From a virus (lineage: Duplodnaviria; Caudoviricetes), in the IMG/VR virus record IMGVR_UViG_3300010043_000009, positions 1 to 30,279 of that record: DNA of 30,279 nucleotides. One strand, given 5' to 3'. The notes beneath the pieces were generated by a model that saw nothing but the letters and a program-made list of their open reading frames with translations, was not told the DNA's origin and ran no database searches. How positions within the stretch are numbered: the first letter of the stretch is position 1; every line of letters begins with the position of its first letter. The position numbers were made by a program, and so were the translations under genes. Positions 24,939 through 30,279 of the stretch are shown here, one piece after another.

Positions 24939-26251
24939 TGATTAAATTTCGTACAGTTAGGATGAAGGCCGTAGTGAACGGTATTGATGTGCCGTTGGAG
25001 TCGGTGAGGGTACATAGGGGCGCCTACGGTAGCATTGGCAACTTCGCTGTGATCGCGTCCATTTCTCGGTCTGGACTGACGTTGAAGGACATTGCGACCA
25101 ACGTAGACTCTGATCAAAGGACCACCGTAGATGTGCAGGTCTCAGACGTCGTTGATGCCGTTACGAGAGAGCCTCTCAACTGGCAGTCGCTCATAAAGGG
25201 TGACCTGGACGCGGTTAAGTGGGAATACGACAACGACCATCTTGAGCTATCGGGTAGGGACTTCGCCGGTAGGCTGGCTGAGACAAGGGTGGTGTTGAAG
25301 AACAGCCAGTATACCAATAAGACACCGCCGCAGATCGCCACACTGTTTGCTGCTGATGCTGGTATGGAGGCCGATGTCAGCATCGTCAAGGGTGAGAAGG
25401 AGATTGGCTACCTGGGCGAGTACAACTTGGCTATTAGGACTGCTACCCCGATTGCCAAGTGGAGCTTGTTGGTGCTGATGGCCCGCTTGAGTGGCAGGGC
25501 TGTTATGGTAATGCCTGGCTTTCCACCCAAGCTGTCGTTCAAGCCAGTGGATGTCAATGGTACACCGAGGCAGCTCTTGTACGGAGGCTATGCCACTACA
25601 CTGAATGATACTCTGGTCAAAGAGCTCAGGGGTGAGTGGCGTCCTAGCCGCAACAGTACGTTCCAGGTCATTGTGATGTCGTATCATCCCAAGACTACGC
25701 AGACTGTAATGGGCCAAACAGTTGTGTTTGGTGAGACGTTGCAGTATGAGACCGAGAAAACAGTCAAAGAGGGAATGTACAAAGGCGCCGCTGCAGGGAG
25801 TTCGAGGTTGCAGGTCGGAGAGGTGTTGAAGAACAAGCCGGCGTATATCTTTTATATTCATGGGTTGCAGCCTCAGGAGTGCCAGACCAAGTCCGAGCAG
25901 ATTGCTAAGGAGATAGCCAAGAGGCAGTTCACCTTGCACGGTGTAATGGATGGCGATGCCACGCTGCAGCCCTTGCAGCCATTGCAAGTGGGACTTGTTG
26001 CGGAGCCGTATGTCAAGAACATATCTACCAAGCCTCAGGCGCCACCACCGGCTGATGTAACGACAAGGCCCATTTCGTTGGATCCCTTCACTCAGAGGTC
26101 TATGTTCACCAATTCGGTGAGCCATAGGATCTCCGTTCATGATGGTTGGTGGACGGAGTGGGATGCCTGGCATTTGGCAGCTGCTGTGGAGGCCTTGGAC
26201 ACTACTGGTATTGTTGCTGAGCCTACGACTCCAGGTATTCCTGTACAGTGA
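24938..26251 (+). CDS. Baseplate hub protein (P2 gpD / Mu gpP-like)
   Basis: LELSGRDFAGRL motif; 437 aa; precedes the spike. Confidence 0.78.
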   Translation: MIKFRTVRMKAVVNGIDVPLESVRVHRGAYGSIGNFAVIASISRSGLTLKDIATNVDSDQRTTVDVQVSDVVDAVTREPLNWQSLIKGDLDAVKWEYDNDHLELSGRDFAGRLAETRVVLKNSQYTNKTPPQIATLFAADAGMEADVSIVKGEKEIGYLGEYNLAIRTATPIAKWSLLVLMARLSGRAVMVMPGFPPKLSFKPVDVNGTPRQLLYGGYATTLNDTLVKELRGEWRPSRNSTFQVIVMSYHPKTTQTVMGQTVVFGETLQYETEKTVKEGMYKGAAAGSSRLQVGEVLKNKPAYIFYIHGLQPQECQTKSEQIAKEIAKRQFTLHGVMDGDATLQPLQPLQVGLVAEPYVKNISTKPQAPPPADVTTRPISLDPFTQRSMFTNSVSHRISVHDGWWTEWDAWHLAAAVEALDTTGIVAEPTTPGIPVQ

Positions 26252-26302
26252 CTTCCTCCGATAATGAGATTCTCTCTCTCCACCCCCTAATACGAGTTCA
26301 AC
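26252..26302 (+). repeat. Dispersed repeat, copy F
   Basis: cttcctccgataatgagattctctctctccaccccctaatacgagttcaac; last 20 nt match the reverse complement of copy G at 19/20. Confidence 0.95.
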
Positions 26303-26305
26303 ACT

Positions 26306-26941
26306 GTGGACCCCGCTGACGAGATTGTACACCTGCTGACGCAGATAGGGCACAACGCATATGGTGACATACGTGCTGTTGTATTTGGGTATATCATTGA
26401 TTATGACCCAGCCACTCATACAGCTCGTGCCTTGTTGCCGCAATTCGCGGTCGTCGACCCTTCCTCGGGAGTCATTACTGAGCAGGCTCAGACGCCTTGG
26501 ATACCGCTTGGTACGATAGGACTTGGCTCGCAGTGGGCTCCCAAGAAAGGCCAGCAGTGCTATGTCATAATGACAGAGAGGGGCACAGGACCAGGTACCA
26601 TAGTCTGTGTCACACACGATGACATACATCCAGTTGCCGATGACGGTCTCGAAGAAGGAGAGTCCATATTCAAGCACATGGACTCCGGTACCTACTTCAA
26701 GTTCTTCAAGGACGGTAGTCTCAACTTTGTGTATCAGAACGACGCCAAACAGACCGTGGACAAAGACGGGAATGTCAATATTACTACCCACGACGGTAAG
26801 GCCATCGACATGCCTGCCGAAGGTGATATGACGTTGACTGGACCGGAGGGTGGAGCTGGATCGGCCACGATCATATTGGGTGTGGATGGGACGGTGACGA
26901 TATTGCCCGCGGCCGGGCAGCAGGTGAAACTTGGCGGCTAG
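26306..26941 (+). CDS. Baseplate spike (gpV / Mu gp45-like)
   Basis: OB-fold pattern YDPATHTARA..TPWIP..WAPKKGQQC followed by beta-helix-like repeats. Confidence 0.85.
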   Translation: MDPADEIVHLLTQIGHNAYGDIRAVVFGYIIDYDPATHTARALLPQFAVVDPSSGVITEQAQTPWIPLGTIGLGSQWAPKKGQQCYVIMTERGTGPGTIVCVTHDDIHPVADDGLEEGESIFKHMDSGTYFKFFKDGSLNFVYQNDAKQTVDKDGNVNITTHDGKAIDMPAEGDMTLTGPEGGAGSATIILGVDGTVTILPAAGQQVKLGG

Positions 26942-27191
26942 AGTGGCGAGGATAGGCGATGCTATATCGCACGGTGGGGTTATCATCACTGGCAGCTCGA
27001 ACGTTATGGTTAATGGTCTTGGCGTTGCTCGCCTGGGAGACTCTGTTAACTGTGCCATACACGGCCTCCGTGTTATCTCTACTGCCTCGGCCATTACTCA
27101 TGCAAATGGTTTAGGTGTTGCCAGGGAGGGGGACTTCGTGACTTGTGGGGCTGTGATTGTTACAGGCAGCAGTAACGTACAGTCTGGTTGA
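26931..27191 (+). CDS. PAAR-repeat spike tip protein
   Basis: Three VAR(I/L/E)GD repeats with His/Cys ligands (SHGG, CAIHG, TCG). Confidence 0.92.
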   Translation: MAARVARIGDAISHGGVIITGSSNVMVNGLGVARLGDSVNCAIHGLRVISTASAITHANGLGVAREGDFVTCGAVIVTGSSNVQSG

Positions 27192-27231
27192 ACTCTTATT
27201 AGGGGGAATAGAGAGCAAAATCTCGGAGGAA
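27187..27231 (-). repeat. Dispersed repeat, copy G (reverse orientation); contains the PAAR stop codon and the J RBS
   Basis: gttgaactcttattagggggaatagagagcaaaatctcggaggaa. Confidence 0.95.
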
Positions 27232-27234
27232 TAG

Positions 27235-28350
27235 ATGCCTGTAGTATATCAGACATTTGACCAACTCGTCACAGCTATGGTAGAACGTTGGGCTGCCGAG
27301 GTAGGCGTGGATCCGGTGTTCGAGAGCGGTGACCCGTTGCTTGCCATCTTCCAGGCCGCTGCTGCCATGGCGATCATGCTAGAGAACGTGAACCAGCAAG
27401 CCGTGTTGTTTGCCAGGGCTAGTACAGCCACGGGATCTGATCTGGACTCGTTTGTTGCCGACTTCGGTCTGAGTCGACTTGGAGCCACTAAGGCTTCTGG
27501 CGTTGCGGTGTTCTCTACCGCCACACCTGCCTCCTCAAATATCCCAATCCCTATTGGTACCATTGTACAGACTCCCGGGGCTGCGATCCAGTATCAAACC
27601 GTCGAGGACGCATCTATACTGCAAAACCAGACATCTGCCACGGTTAAGATCGAAGCGCTATTCCCTGGCGCCGGTCAAAACGTCCAAGCAGATCAGTTGA
27701 CACAGTTTAGTACCGTGATCCCCGGCGTTTCGTTTGTAACAAATCCAAACCCAATCACCAATGGCCTGGATGCCGAAACGGATCAGCAGCTCCGGGACCG
27801 TTTCGTATTGTTCTTCGCGTCACTGTCCAAGGCGACAGAGGATGCGATATTGTTCGCCATTAACTCCGTGCAACAAGGGCTTGACATAGCTCTGTTGGAC
27901 AACACGGATGTAAACGGGAATCCAAGGAATGGGTTCTTTACGGTGGTTATCGATGATGGTTCTGGAAGTCCTCCACAGTCTTTGTTGGATGCTGTATACG
28001 CTGCCGTGGACAAGGTTCGAGCTTTTACTATTGGGTTTGCTGTCATCGCTCCTACTCTCGTTCATCCTGACATAGCTCTCAACATTAAGATCAAGCCGGA
28101 TTCGCCCGAGCTCGGCAGCACCGTTGAGAACAACGTGAAGGTCGCCGTGCTAGAGTACGTGAATTCGTTGGACATCGGCGAGCCCTTGTATCTACTGAAG
28201 CTGGCCCAGGTTGCCATTGACTGTGACGTCAACGTGGTGGGTGTCCAGCCTAACAGTGTCCTGATCAATGGCGTTGAGGCGGATTTGATACCTACCGTGA
28301 TTCAGCTCATTCGTACTACGGTAGCTCAGATCACCATTGGGTCGTATTAG
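27235..28350 (+). CDS. Baseplate J-like wedge protein
   Basis: TATGSDLD, GLDAETDQQLRDRF, VDKVRAFTI motifs; 371 aa. Confidence 0.93.
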   Translation: MPVVYQTFDQLVTAMVERWAAEVGVDPVFESGDPLLAIFQAAAAMAIMLENVNQQAVLFARASTATGSDLDSFVADFGLSRLGATKASGVAVFSTATPASSNIPIPIGTIVQTPGAAIQYQTVEDASILQNQTSATVKIEALFPGAGQNVQADQLTQFSTVIPGVSFVTNPNPITNGLDAETDQQLRDRFVLFFASLSKATEDAILFAINSVQQGLDIALLDNTDVNGNPRNGFFTVVIDDGSGSPPQSLLDAVYAAVDKVRAFTIGFAVIAPTLVHPDIALNIKIKPDSPELGSTVENNVKVAVLEYVNSLDIGEPLYLLKLAQVAIDCDVNVVGVQPNSVLINGVEADLIPTVIQLIRTTVAQITIGSY

Positions 28351-29774
28351 TGGCTTTCCCGTTTCAAGTTCTTACCCTCAACACTGAGGATTTGACTGAG
28401 AGGGCTGTTGGTCTGACCCCGAAGCCCTGGACCTCTGACGAAGCTAAGTTACCTGGTGGAATATGGTACAGCGTTATCAAGAGCGCCTTTGGTGCGGTTG
28501 ATTATGAACTTCTGCAACAGTTGGTGTTTCTGGTCAACCTGTGCCGTATCTCCACCGCTACTGATGTAGGCCTCGACATTATATCGGAGGACTTCTTCGG
28601 AGATAATTTGCCGAGGCTGCCTGGTGAGGACGACGAAGCATTTAGGCAGCGCATCAAGGACAACCTACTTAAGCCCAAGGTTACGAGACAGGCGATATCT
28701 GATGCCATCGAGGAGGCTACTGGATATAAACCCCGGATGATTGAGCCTTTTCTCCCGGATGACACTTGCGCCTGGGATGCGGACTCGTATTGGGATCTGG
28801 ACAGTGTGAGGGAGGCATTTAGGTGGGGTGATCCGGGACTGGCGTGGCAGGGCTTCATCATTGCACAGTTGCCCCTGTTTAGTGTTACAGGTGGGCAGCC
28901 CGTGTATTGTTGGGATGCCGGCTTTAGTTGGGACGTACCTCAGTCCGCCTGGTTTGATGTTGCGTTCGAGATAAGTCCCACAGCGGCTGCCAGCATCGAG
29001 AAGATCATCAAGAAGTATAAGGCTGAGGGGACTCTGATATGGTTGGCGCTCCAACCTCCGCAAGTGCCTTTCGTTAGGGGTTCCCTTGGCCTACTTCCTT
29101 TCGAGTACTCAGCACAACACCTTAACATGGCCGACAACTTGAGGTGGTTGGAAGGCGTTATACCGGTGTTGATCTTTGAGAACCCAACGTGGAACACAAG
29201 GGTGTGGACCATTAACGACACGGATGGCCTCTTCAGTGTTGAGATCAACATTCCTAATAACACCCCTACTGTTCTCAATTGGATGGCTCTGAGGGTTGCC
29301 TCGGATGAGCCTCAACCTACTATCCCTGCCGGTGGTCTCCATGTCGAAGTGCCTGAGGGTGTAATGACGCTCCGTGTGCCTCTGACACAGTACTTCTTCA
29401 GCGCGAATAGTTCCTTTGCCTTCACACCGTCGTGGAACACGGTAGTGTACGCAGATCTGTCCGTGAGCCTCGACTATGTTGACCTGTACTTCGACACCAT
29501 ACCTATTGGTGCTCAGCACGTGCACATGGCCTTGTTCAATAGAGGTGACAAGTGTAGGATGGGTATCTTCAATGTGAATGGAGGTGCCTATGATGCGACC
29601 ATATCGTTTATTGCAACGCCTCAAGTGATCAAACCACCTTATCATGCTTATGCCGTGCCGGACTGGAACACCACGGTGGCCTTACAGAAACAAACGAGCA
29701 ATTTCATTTGTAGCTTTGACGTTCCCGCTCCCGCTGGTGGTGGGCGAATCTACTGGACATTGGAGATCGACTAA
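28350..29774 (+). CDS. Baseplate I-like wedge protein with C-terminal triple PxWNT-repeat extension
   Basis: TATDVGLDII..FFG..PRLPGEDDEAFRQRI; follows J. Confidence 0.75.
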   Translation: MAFPFQVLTLNTEDLTERAVGLTPKPWTSDEAKLPGGIWYSVIKSAFGAVDYELLQQLVFLVNLCRISTATDVGLDIISEDFFGDNLPRLPGEDDEAFRQRIKDNLLKPKVTRQAISDAIEEATGYKPRMIEPFLPDDTCAWDADSYWDLDSVREAFRWGDPGLAWQGFIIAQLPLFSVTGGQPVYCWDAGFSWDVPQSAWFDVAFEISPTAAASIEKIIKKYKAEGTLIWLALQPPQVPFVRGSLGLLPFEYSAQHLNMADNLRWLEGVIPVLIFENPTWNTRVWTINDTDGLFSVEINIPNNTPTVLNWMALRVASDEPQPTIPAGGLHVEVPEGVMTLRVPLTQYFFSANSSFAFTPSWNTVVYADLSVSLDYVDLYFDTIPIGAQHVHMALFNRGDKCRMGIFNVNGGAYDATISFIATPQVIKPPYHAYAVPDWNTTVALQKQTSNFICSFDVPAPAGGGRIYWTLEID

Positions 29775-30279
29775 ATGGATAGGCCGATAATATACTCGAC
29801 GGAGCAAGGGCGGTCATTCGATGTCCTAATGGGATGGCGAGAGGCCCTCGAGGGAATGGCGCAACTGATGCAGGATGCCTTGGGGCAGACAGGCGCGATG
29901 GCTACGGGTCTTACCCCGACGCAGACTGGTCCGGCGTCGTTGTCCATCAACATCGCCCCTGGCTCGATGTACCAATTGATCACTGTGGATCCCACCAACT
30001 ACGGTTCGGTTGGGGCATCTACCGATGTTGGGTATGTGCAGGGCTTGTATAAGGGAGGCCTGCTCACGTTTAACACTGGTGGCATGATTGCGGGACAGTC
30101 TCAGTGGACATTGATACAGGGTCAGGTGCAGTTCGTTGATGTGATTGATCCGGCGGATCCCTCTGGTGGCATCCTTCCCTATTTTAATCCCGCTAACCCC
30201 ACGGTGCCGTTCCAGGGGCCTGCTGGTTCGGGTAGCTCTCAACCCACTAGGCGCAAGGCCGTTGTTGTATTGAACCTTA
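29775..30279 (+). CDS. Tail fibre / baseplate-attachment protein, N-terminal part (MDRPIIYSTEQ...), runs off the window
   Basis: Manual translation open to the window end; ATG adjacent to the upstream stop; canonical position. Confidence 0.75.
   Translation, partial: MDRPIIYSTEQGRSFDVLMGWREALEGMAQLMQDALGQTGAMATGLTPTQTGPASLSINIAPGSMYQLITVDPTNYGSVGASTDVGYVQGLYKGGLLTFNTGGMIAGQSQWTLIQGQVQFVDVIDPADPSGGILPYFNPANPTVPFQGPAGSGSSQPTRRKAVVVLNL

Noticed and set aside
26288-26302. TAATACGAGTTCAAC resembles the T7 promoter TAATACGACTCAC
   Set aside because: Only 8 nt match, no CTATAG, other copies differ there, both orientations occur, and no T7-like RNA polymerase is visible.
25247-27094. 615-aa antisense ORF over hub, spike and PAAR
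   Set aside because: Overlaps three well-supported genes and has no recognisable domain; likely a shadow frame, although it does cross repeat F.
7207-27231. Dispersed repeats as a CRISPR array
   Set aside because: Not regularly spaced, variable length, both strands, no cas genes.
1-30279. T6SS, eCIS or tailocin because of PAAR, sheath and J
   Set aside because: Terminase, portal, scaffold and capsid genes are in the same operon, so this is a phage virion module.

Overview
The window is a segment of a tailed dsDNA phage or prophage with a contractile (myovirus-type) tail; no host genes, integrase, rRNA, tRNA or CRISPR array are visible. Positions 1-5900 hold about 20 short leftward genes of unknown function (sigma70-type promoters, GGAGG RBSs, several Cys-motif proteins, two bZIP-like paralogs) and an origin-like structure (38-bp inverted repeat around an AT-rich core, 677-905). 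After an AT-rich divergence region, a rightward virion operon runs from about 6190 to the end: TerS-like, TerL, portal, three accessory genes including a stand-alone biotin-carrier-like domain, scaffold, major capsid, head-tail joining genes with an inserted endonuclease VII-family gene, sheath, tube, chaperone with a +1/-2 frameshift site, tape measure, hub, spike, PAAR, J, I-like and the start of a fibre gene. The most unusual signal is non-coding: a seven-copy family of 35-50 bp repeats (core ATTYT-CTCTCY-CCCCCTAA) in nearly every large intergenic gap of the virion operon, in both orientations. It brackets TerL and the spike+PAAR pair as inverted repeats, precedes the endonuclease, and sits where a wedge gene is usually found. 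All product calls rest on motif recognition and gene order; no searches were run.
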